NCBI GenBank assembly: GCA_964035545.1
Contig: OZ037765.1
Coordinates: 1 to 64,000 of the forward strand
DNA from: Bugula neritina
Taxonomy: Eukaryota; Animalia; Bryozoa
Reading direction: 5' to 3'
DNA: 64,000 nucleotides
Part shown: one piece after another, positions 1 through 18,000 of the stretch
Position numbering within the stretch: the first letter of the stretch is position 1
Layout of the letters: every line of letters starts with the position of its first letter
Position numbers and translations under genes: made by a program
Notes under the pieces: generated by a model
Told to the model about the DNA's origin: nothing
Seen by the model: only the letters and a program-made list of their open reading frames with translations
Database searches by the model: none

Positions 1-3000
1 AGAGAGTATAAACTATATAATATAATAGAGAATATATACTATATAATATAATAGAGAATATAAACTATATAATATAATAGAGAATATAAACTATACAATA
101 TAATAGAGAATATAAACTATATAGTATAATAGAGAGTATATACTATATAATATAATAGAGAATATAAACTATATAATATAATAGAGAATATAAACTATAT
201 AATATAATAGAGAATATAAACTATATAATATAATAGAGAATATAAACTATATAATATAATAGAGAATATAAACTATATAATATAATAGAGTATATACAAT
301 ATAATATAATAGAGAATATAAACTATATAATATAATAGAGAATATATACTATACAATATAATAGAGAATATAAACTATATAATATAATAGAGAATATAAA
401 CTATATAATATAATAGAGAGTATAAACTATATAATATAATAGAGAATATAAACTATATAATATAATAGAGAATATAAACTATATAATATAATAGAGAATA
501 TAAACTATATAGTATAATAGAGAGTATATACTATATAATATAATAGAGAATATAAACTATATAATATAATAGAGAATATAAACTATATAATATAATAGAG
601 AATATAAACTATATAATATAATAGAGAATATAAACTATATAATATAATAGAGAGTATAAACTATATAATATAATAGAGAATATAAACTATATAATATAAT
701 AGAGAATATAAACTATATAATATAATAGAGAATATAAACTATATAATATAATAGAGAATATAAACTATATAATATAATAGAGAATATAAACTATATAATA
801 TAATAGAGAATATAAACTATATAATATAATAGAGAGTATAAACTATATAATATAATAGAGAATATAAACTATATAATATAATAGAGAGTATAAACTATAT
901 AATATAATAGAGAGTATAAACTATATAGTATAATAGAGAATATAAACTATATAGTATAATAGAGAATATAAACTATATAATATAATAGAGAATATAAACT
1001 ATATAATATAATAGAGAATATAAACTATATAATATAATAGAGAGTATAAACTATATAATATAATAGAGAGTATAAACTATATAATATAATAGAGAGTACA
1101 TACTATATAATATAATAGAGAGTATAAACTATATAATATAATAGAGAATATATACTATATAATATAATAGAGAATATATACTATATAATATAATAGAGAA
1201 TATATACTATATAATATAATAGAGAATATAAACTATACAATATAATAGAGAATATAAACTATATAATATAATAGAGAGTATAAACTATATAATATAATAG
1301 AGAGTATAAACTATATAATATAATAGAGAGTATAAACTATATAATATAATAGAGAGTATAAACTATATAATATAATAGAGAATATAAACTATATAGTATA
1401 ATAGAGAATATAAACTATATAATATAATAGAGAATATAAACTATATAATATAATAGAGAGTATAAACTATATAGTATAATAGAGAATATATACTATATAA
1501 TATAATAGAGAATATAAACTATATAATATAATAGAGAGTATAAACTATATAATATAATAGAGAGTATAAACTATATAATATAATAGAGAGTATATACTAT
1601 ATAATATAATAGAGAATATAAACTATATAGTATAATAGAGAATATAAACTATATAATATAATAGAGAATATAAACTATACAATATAATAGAGAATATAAA
1701 CTATATAATATAATAGAGAATATAAACTATATAATATAATAGAGAATATAAACTATACAATATAATAGAGAATATAAACTATATAATATAATAGAGAATA
1801 TAAACTATATAATATAATAGAGAGTATAAACTATATAATATAATAGAGAGTATAAACTATATAATATAATAGAGAGTATAAACTATATAATATAATAGAG
1901 AATATAAACTATATAATATAATAGAGAATATAAACTGTATAATATAATAGAGAATATAAACTATACAATATAATAGAGAATATATACTATATAATATAAT
2001 AGAGAATATAAACTATATAATATAATAGAGTATATACTATATAATATAATAGAGAATATAAACTATACAATATAATAGAGAATGTATACTATATAATATA
2101 ATAGAGAATATAAACTATATAATATAATAGAGAATATAAACTATATAATATAATAGAGAATATAAACTATACAATATAATAGAGAATATAAACTATATAA
2201 TATAATAGAGAGTATAAACTATATAATATAATAGAGAATATAAACTATACAATATAATAGAGAATATAAACTATATAATATAATAGAGAATATAAACTAT
2301 ATAATATAATAGAGAATATAAACTATATAATATAATAGAGTATATACTATATAATATAATAGAGAATATATACTATATATTATAATAGAGAATATAAACT
2401 ATATAATATAATAGAGAGTATAAACTATATAATATAATAGAGAATATAAACTATACAATATAATAGAGAATATAAACTATATAATATAATAGAGAATATA
2501 AACTATATAATATAATAGAGAATATAAACTATATAATATAATAGAGAATATATACTATATAATATAATAGAGAATATAAACTATACAATATAATAGAGAA
2601 TATATACTATAATATAATAGAGAATATAAACTATATAATATAATAGAGAGTATAAACTATATAATATAATAGAGAATATAAACTATATAATATAATAGAG
2701 AGTATAAACTATATAATATAATAGAGAATATAAACTATATAATATAATAGAGAATATAAACTAAATAATATAATAGAGAGTATAAACTATATAATATAAT
2801 AGAGAATATAAACTATATAATATAATAGAGAATATATACTACATAATATAATAGAGAGTATAAACTATATAATATAATAGAGAATATAAACTATATAATA
2901 TAATAGAGAATATAAACTATACAATATAATAGAGAATATAAACTATATAGTATAATAGAGAATATAAACTATATAATATAATAGAGAGTATAAACTATAT

Positions 3001-6000
3001 AATATAATAGAGAATATAAACTATACAATATAATAGAGAATATAAACTATATAATATAATAGAGAATATAAACTATATAATATAATAGAGAATATATACT
3101 ATATAATATAATAGAGAATATAAACTATATAATATAATAGAGAATATATACTATATAATATAATAGAGAATATAAACTATATAATATAATAGAGAATATA
3201 AACTATATAATATAATAGAGAGTATAAACTATATAATATAATAGAGAATATATACTATATAATATAATAGAGAGTATATACTATACAATATAATAGAGAA
3301 TATAAACTATATAATATAATAGAGAATATAAACTATATAATATAATAGAGAATATAAACTATATAATATAATAGAGAGTATAAACTATATAATATAATAG
3401 AGAATATAAACTATATAATATAATAGAGAGTATAAACTATATAATATAATAGAGAATATAAACTATATAATATAATAGAGAGTATAAACTATATAATATA
3501 ATAGAGAATATAAACTATATAATATAATAGAGAATATAAACTATATAATATAATAGAGAATATATACTATATAATATAATAGAGAATATAAACTATATAA
3601 TATAATAGAGAGTATATACTATATAGTATAATAGAGAATATAAACTATATAATATAATAGAGAATATAAACTATATAATATAATAGAGAATATATACTAT
3701 ATAATATAATAGAGAATATAAACTATATAATATAATAGAGAATATAAACTATAATATAATAGAGAATATAAACTATATAATATAATAGATAATATATACT
3801 ATATAATATAATAGAGAATATAAACTATATAATATAATAGAGAATATAAACTATATAATATAATAGAGAATATAAACTATATAATATAATAGAGAGTATA
3901 TACTATATAATATAATAGAGAATATAAACTATATAATATAATAGAGAATATATACTATATAATATAATAGAGAATATAAACTATATAGTATAATAGAGAA
4001 TATAAACTATATAATATAATAGAGAATATAAACTATATAATATAATAGAGAATATATACTATATAATATAATAGAGAATATAAACTATATAATATAATAG
4101 AGAATATAAACTATAATATAATAGAGAATATAAACTATATAATATAATAGATAATATAAACTATATAATATAATAGAGAATATAAACTATATAATATAAT
4201 AGAGAATATAAACTATATAATATAATAGAGAATATAAACTATATAGTATAATAGAGAATATAAACTATATAATATAATAGATAATATAAACTATATAATA
4301 TAATAGAGAATATAAACTATATAATATAATAGATAATATAAACTATATAATATAATAGAGAATATAAACTATATAATATAATAGAGAGTATATACTATAT
4401 AATATAATAGAGAATATAAACTATATAATATAATAGAGAATATAAACTATATAGTATAATAGAGAATATAAACTATATAATATAATAGAGAGTATAAACT
4501 ATATAATATAATAGAGAATATAAACTATATAATATAATAGAGAATATAAACTATATAATATAATAGAGAATATAAACTATATAATATAATAGAGAGTATA
4601 AACTATATAATATAATAGAGAATATAAACTATATAATATAGTAGAGAGTATATACTATATAATATAATAGAATATAAACTATATAATATAATAGAGAATA
4701 TAAACTATATAATATAATAGAGAGTATAAACTATATAATATAATAGAGAATATAAACTATATAATATAATAGAGAATATAAACTATATAATATAATAGAG
4801 AATATAAACTATATAATATAATAGAGAATATAAACTATATAATATAATAGAGAGTATAAACTATATAATATAATAGAGAATATAAACTATACAATATAAT
4901 AGAGAGTATATACTATATAATATAATAGAGAATATAAACTATATAATATAATAGAGAGTATAAACTATATAATATAATAGAGAATATAAACTATATAATA
5001 TAATAGAGAATATAAACTATATAATATAATAGAGAATATAAACTATATAATATAATAGAGAATATAAACTATATAATATAATAGAGAGTATAAACTATAT
5101 AATATAATAGAGAATATAAACTATACAATATAATAGAGAGTATATACTATATAATATAATAGAGAATATAAACTATATAATATAATAGAGAATATAAACT
5201 ATATAATATAATAGAGAATATAAACTATATAATATAATAGAGAATATAAACTATATAATATAATAGAGAGTATAAACTATATAATATAATAGAGAATATA
5301 AACTATATAATATAATAGAGAGTATATACTATATAATATAATAGAGAATATAAACTATATAATATAATAGATAATATATACTATATAATATAATAGAGAA
5401 TATAAACTATATAATATAATAGAGAATATATACTATATAATATAATAGAGAATATAAACTATATAATATAATAGAGAATATAAACTATATAATATAATAG
5501 AGAGTATATACTATATAATATAATAGAGAATATAAACTATATAATATAATAGATAATATAAACTATATAATATAATAGAGAGTATAAACTATACAATATA
5601 ATAGAGAATATAAACTATATAATATAATAGAGAATATAAACTATATAATATAATAGAGATTATAAACTATATAATATAATAGAGAATATAAACTATACAA
5701 TATAATAGAGAATATAAACTATATAATATAATAGAGAATATAAACTATATAATATAATAGAGAGTATAAACTATATAATATAATAGAGAGTATATACTAT
5801 ATAATATAATAGAGAATATAAACTATATAGTATAATAGAGAATATAAACTATACAATATAATAGAGAATATAAACTATACAATATAATAGAGAATATATA
5901 CTATATAATATAATAGAGAGTATAAACTATATAATATAATAGAGTATATACTATATAATATAATAGAGAGTATAAACTATATAATATAATAGAGAATATA

Positions 6001-9000
6001 AACTATATAATATAATAGAGAATATAAACTATATAATATAATAGAGAATATAAACTATATAATATAATAGAGATTATAAACTATATAATATAATAGAGAA
6101 TATAAACTATACAATATAATAGAGAATATAAACTATATAATATAATAGAGAATATAAACTATATAATATAATAGAGAGTATAAACTATATAATATAATAG
6201 AGAGTATATACTATATAATATAATAGAGAATATAAACTATATAGTATAATAGAGAATATAAACTATACAATATAATAGAGAATATAAACTATACAATATA
6301 ATAGAGAATATATACTATATAATATAATAGAGAGTATAAACTATATAATATAATAGAGTATATACTATATAATATAATAGAGAGTATAAACTATATAATA
6401 TAATAGAGAGTATAAACTATATAATATAATAGAGAGTATATACTATATAATATAATAGAGAATATAAACTATATAATATAATAGAGAGTATAAACTATAT
6501 AATATAATAGAGAATATAAACTATATAGTATAATAGAGAGTATAAACTATATAATATAATAGAGAATATAAACTATATAATATAATAGAGAATATAAACT
6601 ATATAATATAATAGAGAATATAAACTATATAATATAATAGAGAATATAAACTATATAATATAATAGAGAGTATAAACTATATAATATAATAGAGAATATA
6701 AACTATATAATATAATAGAGAATATAAACTATATAATATAATAGAGAATATAAACTATATAATATAATAGAGAATATAAACTATATAATATAATAGAGAA
6801 TATAAACTATACAATATAATAGAGAGTATAAACTATATAATATAATAGAGAATATAAACTATATAATATAATAGAGAGTATAAACTATATAATATAATAG
6901 AGAGTATAAACTATATAATATAATAGAGAATATAAACTATATAATATAATAGAGAATATAAACTATACAATATAATAGAGAGTATAAACTATATAATATA
7001 ATAGAGAATATAAACTATATAATATAATAGAGAATATAAACTATATAATATAATAGAGAATATAAACTATATAGTATAATAGAGAATATAAACTATATAA
7101 TATAATAGAGAGTATAAACTATATAATATAATAGAGAATATATACTATATAATATAATAGAGAGTATAAACTATATAATATAATAGAGAGTATAAACTAT
7201 ATAATATAATAGAGAATATAAACTATATAATATAATAGAGAATATAAACTATATAATATAATAGAGTATAAACTATATAATATAATAGAGAGTATAAACT
7301 ATATAATATAATAGAGAATATATACTATATAATATAATAGAGAATATAAACTATATAATATAATAGAGAATATATACTATATAATATAATAGAGAATATA
7401 AACTATATAATATAATAGAGAATATAAACTATATAATATAATAGAGAATATAAACTATATAATATAATAGAGAGTATAAACTATATAATATAATAGAGAG
7501 TATATACTATATAATATAATAGAGAATATAAACTATATAGTATAATAGAGAATATAAACTATACAATATAATAGAGAATATAAACTATATAATATAATAG
7601 AGAATATAAACTATATAATATAATAGAGAATATAAACTATATAATATAATAGAGAATATAAACTATACAATATAATAGAGATTATAAACTATATAATATA
7701 ATAGAGAATATAAACTATATAATATAATAGAGAGTATAAACTATATAATATAATAGAGAGTATATACTATATAATATAATAGAGAATATAAACTATATAA
7801 TATAATAGAGAGTATAAACTATATAATATAATAGAGAGTATATACTATATAATATAATAGAGAATATAAACTATATAGTATAATAGAGAATATAAACTAT
7901 ACAATATAATAGAGAATATAAACTATACAATATAATAGAGAATATATACTATATAATATAATAGAGAGTATAAACTATATAATATAATAGAGTATATACT
8001 ATATAATATAATAGAGAATATAAACTATATAATATAATAGAGAATATAAACTATACAATATAATAGAGAGTATAAACTATATAATATAATAGAGAGTATA
8101 TACTATATAATATAATAGAGAATATAAACTATATAGTATAATAGAGAGTATAAACTATATAATATAATAGAGAATATAAACTATATAATATAATAGAGAA
8201 TATAAACTATATAATATAATAGAGAATATAAACTATATAATATAATAGAGAATATAAACTATATAATATAATAGAGAATATATACTATATAATATAATAG
8301 AGTATATACTATATAATATAATAGAGAATATAAACTATATAATATAATAGAGAATATATACTATATAATATAATAGAGAATATATACTATATAATATAAT
8401 AGAGAATATAAACTATATAATATAATAGAGAATATAAACTATATAATATAATAGAGAATATAAACTATATAATATAATAGAGAATATAAACTATATAATA
8501 TAATAGAGAATATAAACTATATAATATAATAGAGAATATAAACTATATAATATAATAAAGAGTATAAACTATATAATATAATAGAGAATATAAACTATAA
8601 TATAATAGAGAATATAAACTATATAATATAATAGAGAGTATAAACTATATAATATAATAGAGAATATAAACTATATAATATAATAGAGAATATAAACTAT
8701 ATAATATAATAGAGAATATAAACTATACAATATAATAGAGAATATAAACTATATAATATAATAGAGAATATAAACTATATAATATAATAGAGAATATAAA
8801 CTATATAATATAATAGAGAATATATACTATATAATATAATAGAGAATATAAACTATATAGTATAATAGAGAATATAAACTATATAATATAATAGAGAATA
8901 TAAACTATATAATATAATAGAGAATATATACTATATAATATAATAGAGAATATAAACTATATAATATAATAGAGAATATAAACTATAATATAATAGAGAA

Positions 9001-12000
9001 TATAAACTATATAATATAATAGAGAATATAAACTATATAATATAATAGAGAATATATACTATATAGTATAATAGAGAATATAAACTATATAATATAATAG
9101 AGAATATAAACTATATAATATAATAGAGAATATAAACTATACAATATAATAGAGAATATAAACTATATAATATAATAGAGAGTATAAACTATATAGTATA
9201 ATAGAGAGTATAAACTATATAATATAATAGAGAATATAAACTATATAATATAATAGAGAATATATACTATATAATATAATAGAGAATATAAACTATATAA
9301 TATAATAGAGAATATAAACTATAATATAATAGAGAATATAAACTATATAATATAATAGAGAATATAAACTATATAGTATAATAGAGAATATAAACTATAT
9401 AATATAATAGAGAATATAAACTATATAATATAATAGAGAATATAAACTATACAATATAATAGAGAATATAAACTATATAGTATAATAGAGAGTATAAACT
9501 ATATAGTATAATAGAGAATATATACTATATAATATAATAGAGAATATAAACTATATAATATAATAGAGAATATAAACTATATAATATAATAGAGAATATA
9601 AACTATATAGTATAATAGAGAATATAAACTATATAATATAATAGAGAATATAAACTATATAATATAATAGAGAATATAAACTATACAATATAATAGAGAA
9701 TATAAACTATATAATATAATAGAGAGTATAAACTATATAGTATAATAGAGAGTATAAACTATATAATATAATAGAGAATATAAACTATATAATATAATAG
9801 AGAATATATACTATATAATATAATAGAGAATATAAACTATATAATATAATAGAGAATATAAACTATAATATAATAGAGAATATAAACTATATAATATAAT
9901 AGAGAATATAAACTATATAGTATAATAGAGAATATAAACTATATAATATAATAGAGAATATAAACTATATAATATAATAGAGAATATAAACTATACAATA
10001 TAATAGAGAATATAAACTATATAGTATAATAGAGAGTATAAACTATATAGTATAATAGAGAATATATACTATATAATATAATAGAGAATATAAACTATAT
10101 AATATAATAGAGAATATAAACTATATAATATAATAGAGAATATAAACTATATAATATAATAGAGAATATAAACTATATAATAGAGAATATAAACTATATA
10201 ATATAATAGAGAGTATAAACTATATAATATAATAGAGAGTATAAACTATACAATATACTAGAGAATATAAACTATATAGTATAATAGAGAGTACATACTA
10301 TATAATATAATAGAGAATATAAACTATATAATATAATAGAGAATATAAACTATATAATATAATAGAGAGTATAAACTATATAATATAATAGAGAGTATAT
10401 ACTATATTATATAATAGAGAATATAAACTATATAATATAATAGAGAATATAAACTATATAATATAATAGAGAATATAAACTATATAATATAATAGAGAAT
10501 ATAAACTATATAATATAATAGAGAATATAAACTATATAATATAATAGAGAGTATATACTATATTATATAATAGAGAATATAAACTATATAATATAATAGA
10601 GAATATAAACTATATAATATAATAGAGAGTATAAACTATATAATATAATAGAGAGTATATACTATATTATATAATAGAGAATATAAACTATATAATATAA
10701 TAGAGAGTATATACTATATAATATAATAGAGAATATAAACTATATAATATAATAGAGAATATAAACTATATAATATAATAGAGAATATAAACTATATAAT
10801 ATAATAGAGAATATATACTATATAATATAATAGAGAATATAAACTATATAATATAATAGAGAATATAAACTATATAATATAATAGAGAATATAAACTATA
10901 TAATATAATAGAGAGTATAAACTATACAATATAATAGAGAATATAAACTATATAGTATAATAGAGAATATAAACTATATAATATAATAGAGAGTATAAAC
11001 TATATAATATAATAGAGAGTATATACTATATTATATAATAGAGAATATAAACTATATAATATAATAGAGAGTATATACTATATAATATAATAGAGAATAT
11101 AAACTATATAATATAATAGAGAATATAAACTATATAATATAATAGAGAATATAAACTATATAATATAATAGAGAATATATACTATATAATATAATAGAGA
11201 ATATAAACTATATAATATAATAGAGAATATAAACTATATAATATAATAGAGAATATAAACTATATAATATAATAGAGAGTATAAACTATACAATATAATA
11301 GAGAATATAAACTATATAGTATAATAGAGAATATAAACTATATAATATAATAGAGAATATAAACTATATAATATAATAGAGAATATAAACTATATAATAT
11401 AATAGAGAATATAAACTATATAATATAATAGAGAATATAAACTATATAATATAATAGCGAATATAAACTATATAATATAATAGAGAATATAAACTATATA
11501 ATATAATAGAGAATATAAACTATACAATATAATAGAGAATATATACTATACAATATAATAGAGAATATAAACTATATAATATAATAGAGAGTATATACTA
11601 TACAATATAATAGAGAGTATAAACTATATAATATAATAGAGAGTATAAACTATATAATATAATAGAGAATATAAACTATATAATATAATAGAGAGTATAA
11701 ACTATATAGTATAATAGAGAATATAAACTATATAATATAATAGAGAGTATAAACTATATAATATAATAGAGAGTATATACTATATAATATAATAGAGAAT
11801 ATATACTATATCATATAATAGAGAGTATAAACTATATAATATAATAGAGAGTATAAACTATATAATATAATAGAGAATATAAACTATATAATTTAATAGA
11901 GAATATAAACTATACAATATAATAGAGTATATACTATATAATATAATAGAGAATATAAACTATATAATATAATAGAGAGTATATACTATATAATATAATA

Positions 12001-15000
12001 GAGAATATAAACTATATAATATAATAGAGAATATAAACTATATAATATAATAGAGAATATAAACTATATAATATAATAGAGAATATAAACTATATAATAT
12101 AATAGAGAGTATAAACTATATAATATAATAGAGAGTATAAACTATATAATATAATAGAGAATATAAACTATATAATATAATAGAGAGTATAAACTATATA
12201 GTATAATAGAGAATATAAACTATATAATATAATAGAGAATATAAACTATATAATATAATAGAGAATATAAACTATATAATATAATAGAGAGTATAAACTA
12301 TATAATATAATAGAGAGTATAAACTATATAATATAATAGAGAATATAAACTATATAATATATTAGAGAGTATAAACTATATAATATAATAGAGAGTATAT
12401 ACTATATAATATAATAGAGAATATAAACTATATAATATAATAGAGAATATAAACTATATAATATAATAGAGTATATACTATATAATATAATAGAGAATAT
12501 AAACTATATAGTATAATAGAGAATATAAACTATATAATATAATAGAGAATATAAACTATATAATATAATAGAGAATATAAACTATATAATATAATAGAGA
12601 ATATATACTATACAATATAATAGAGAATATAAACTATATAATATAATAGAGAATATAAACTATATAATATAATAGAGAGTATAAACTATATAATATAATA
12701 GAGAGTATAAACTATATAGTATAATAGAGAATATAAACTATATAATATAATAGAGAATATATACTATATAATATAATAGAGAATATAAACTATATAATAT
12801 AATAGAGAATATAAACTATACAATATAATAGAGAGTATAAACTATACAATATAATAGAGAATATAAACTATATAATATAATAGAGAATATAAACTATATA
12901 ATATAATAGAGAATATATACTATATAATATAATAGATAATATAAACTATATAATATAATAGAGAATATAAACTATATAATATAATAGAGAATATAAACTA
13001 TATAATATAATATAGAATATAAACTATATAATATAATAGAGAGTATAAACTATATAATATAATAGAGAATATAAACTATATAATATAATAGAGAATATAA
13101 ACTATATGATATAATAGAGAATATAAACTATATAATAAAATAGAGAATATAACCTATATAATATAATAGAGAATATAAACTATATAATATAATATAGAAT
13201 ATAAACTATATAATATAATAGAGAATATAAACTAAATAATATAATAGAGAGTATAAACTATATAATATAATAGAGAGTATAAACTATATAATATAATAGA
13301 TAATATAAACTATATAATATAATAGAGAGTATAAACTATATAATATAATAGAGAGTATAAACTATATAATATAATAGAGAATATAAACTATATAATATAA
13401 TAGAGAGTATAAACTATACAATATAATAGAGAATATAAACTATATAATATAATAGAGAGTATAAACTATATAATATAATAGAGAATATATACTATATAAT
13501 ATAATAGAGAATATAAACTATATAGTATAATAGAGAATATAAACTATAATATAATAGAGAGTATATACTATATAACATAATAGAGAATATAAACTATATA
13601 ATATAATAGAGAATATAAACTATATAATATAATATAGAATATAAACTATATAATATAATAGAGAATATAAACTATATAATATAATAGAGAATATAAACTA
13701 TATAATATAATAGAGAATATAAACTATATAATATAATAGAGAATATAAACTATATAATATAATAGAGAATATAAACTATATAATATAATAGAGAATATAA
13801 ACTATATAATATAATAGAGAATATAAACTATATAATATAATAGAGAGTATAAACTATATAATATAATAGAGAGTATAAACTATATAATATAATAGAGAAT
13901 ATAAACTATATAATATAATAGAGAATATAAACTATATAATATAATAGAGTATAAACTATACAATATAATAGAGAATATAAACTATATAATATAATAGAGA
14001 GTATAAACTATATAATATAATAGAGAGTATAAACTATATAATATAATAGAGAATATAAACTATATAATATAATAGAGAATATAAACTATATAATATAATA
14101 GAGAATATAAACTATATAATATAATAGAGAGTATAAACTATATAGTATAATAGAGAATATAAACTATATAATATAATAGAGAATATAAACTATATAGTAT
14201 AATAGAGAATATAAACTATATAATATAATAGAGAATATAAACTATATAATATAATAGAGTATATACTATATAATATAATAGAGAATATAAACTATATAGT
14301 ATAATAGAGAATATAAACTATATAATATAATAGAGAATATAAACTATACAATATAATAGAGTATATACTATATAATATAATAGAGAATATAAACTATATA
14401 ATATAATAGAGAGTATATACTATATAATATAATAGAGAATATAAACTATATAATATAATAGAGAGTATAAACTATACAATATAATAGAGAGTATAAACTA
14501 TATAATATAATAGAAAATATAAACTATATAATATAATAGAGAGTATATACTATATAATATAATAGAGAATATAAACTATATAATATAATAGAGAATATAT
14601 ACTATATAATATAATAGAGAATATAAACTATATAGTATAATAGAGAATATAAACTATAATATAATAGAGAGTATATACTATATAATATAATAGAGAATAT
14701 AAACTATATAATATAATAGAGAATATAAACTATATAATATAATATAGAATATAAACTATATAATATAATAGAGAATATAAACTATATAATATAATAGAGA
14801 ATATAAACTATATAATATAATAGAGAATATAAACTATATAATATAATAGAGAATATAAACTATATAATATAATAGAGAATATAAACTATATAATATAATA
14901 GAGAGTATAAACTATATAATATAATATAGAATATATACTATATAATATAATAGAGAGTATAAACTATATAATATAATAGAGAATATAAACTATATAATAT

Positions 15001-18000
15001 AATAGAGAGTATAAACTATATAATATAATAGAGAATATAAACTATATAATATAATAGAGAGTATAAACTACATAATATAATAGAGAATATAAACTATATA
15101 ATATAATAGAGAGTATATACTATACAATATAATAGAGAGTATAAACTATATAATATAATAGAGTATAAACTATATAATATAATAGAGAATATAAACTATA
15201 TAGTATAATAGAGAATATAAACTATATAATATAATAGAGAATATATACTATATAATATAATAGAGAATATAAACTATATAATATAATAGAGAATATATAC
15301 TATATAATATAATAGAGAGTATAAACTATACAATATAATAGAGAGTATAAACTATATAATATAATAGAGAATATAAACTATATAATATAATAGAGAGTAT
15401 AAACTATATAATATAATAGAGTATATACTATATAATATAATAGAGAATATAAACTATATAGTATAATAGAGAATATAAACTATATAATATAATAGAGAAT
15501 ATAAACTATACAATATAATAGAGTATATACTATATAATATAATAGAGAATATAAACTATATAATATAATAGAGAGTATACACTATATAATATAATAGAGA
15601 ATATAAACTATATAATATAATAGAGAGTATAAACTATACAATATAATAGAGAGTATAAACTATATAATATAATAGAGAATATAAACTATATAATATAATA
15701 GAGAGTATATACTATATAATATAATAGAGAATATAAACTATATAATATAATAGAGAGTATATACTATATAATATAATAGAGAATATAAACTATATAATAT
15801 AATAGAGTATATAAACTATATAATATAATAGAGAGTATATACTATATAATATAATAGAGAGTATAAACTATACAATATAATAGAGAATATAAACTATATA
15901 ATATAATAGAGAATATAAACTATACAATATAATAGAGAATATATACTATATAATATAATAGAGAATATAAACTATACAATATAATAGAGAGTATAAACTA
16001 TATAATATAATAGAGAATATAAACTATATAATATAATAGAGAATATAAACTATATAATATAATAGAGAGTATAAACTATACAATATAATAGAGAGTATAA
16101 ACTATATAATATAATAGAGAATATAAACTATAAAGTATAATAGAGAATATAAACTATATAATATAATAGAGAATATAAACTATATAATATAATAGAGAGT
16201 ATAAACTATATAATATAATAGAGAGTATAAACTATATAATATAATAGAGAATATAAACTATATAATATAATAGAGAGTATAAACTATATAGTATAATAGA
16301 GAATATAAACTATATAATATAATAGAGAATATAAACTATATAATATAATAGAGAATATAAACTATATAATATAATAGAGAGTATAAACTATATAATATAA
16401 TAGAGAGTATAAACTATATAATATAATAGAGAATATAAACTATATAATATAATAGAGAGTATAAACTATATAATATAATAGAGAATATAAACTATATAAT
16501 ATAATAGAGAGTATAAACTATATAATATAATAGAGTATAAACTATATAATATAATAGAGAATATAAACTATATAGTATAATAGAGAATATAAACTATATA
16601 ATATAATAGAGAATATAAACTATATAATATAATAGAGTATATACTATATAATATAATAGAGAATATAAACTATATAGTATAATAGAGAATATAAACTATA
16701 TAATATAATAGAGAATAAAAACTATATAATATAATAGAGAGTATAAACTATATAATATAATAGAGAGTATAAACTATATAATATAATAGAGAACATATAC
16801 TATATAATATAATAGAGAATATAAACTATATAATATAATAGAGAATATAAACTATATAATATAATAGAGAATATATACTATATAATATAATAGAGAATAT
16901 AAACTATATAATATAATAGAGAGTATAAACTATACAATATAATAGAGAATATAAACTATATAATATAATAGAGAGTATATACTATATAATATAATAGAGA
17001 GTATAAACTATATTATAATATAATAGAGAATATAAACTATATAATATAATAGAGAATATAAACTATATAATATAATAGAGAATATATACTATATAATATA
17101 ATAGAGAATATAAACTATATAATATAATAGAGAGTATAAACTATACAATATAATAGAGAATATAAACTATATAATATAATAGATAATATATACTATATAA
17201 TATAATAGAGAATATAAACTATATAATATAATAGAGAATATAAACTATATAATATAATAGAGAATATAAACTATATAATATAATAGAGAATATAAACTAT
17301 ATAATATAATAGAGAGTATAAACTATATAATATAATAGAGAATATAAACTATATAATATAATAGAGAATATAAACTATATAATATAATAGAGAATATAAA
17401 CTATATAATATAATAGAGAATATAAACTATACAATATAATAGAGAATATAAACTATATAATATAATAGAGAATATAAACTATATAATATAATAGAGAATA
17501 TAAACTATATAGTATAATAGAGAGTATAAACTATACAATATAATAGAGAATATAAACTATAATATAATAGAGAATATAAACTATATAATATAATAGCGAA
17601 TATAAACTATATAATATAATAGAGAGTATAAACTATACAATATAATAGAGAATATATACTATACAATATAATAGAGAATATAAACTATATAATATAATAG
17701 AGAATATATACTATATAATATAATAGAGAATATATACTATATAATATAATAGAGAATATATACTATATAATATAATAGAGAATATAAACTATATAATATA
17801 ATAGAGAATATAAACTATATAGTATAATAGAGAATATAAACTATATAATATAATAGAGAATATAAACTATGTAGTATAATAGAGAATATAAACTATATAA
17901 TATAATAGAGAATATAAACTATATAATATAATAGAGAATATAAACTATACAATATAATAGAGAATATAAACTATACAATATAATAGAGAATATAAACTAT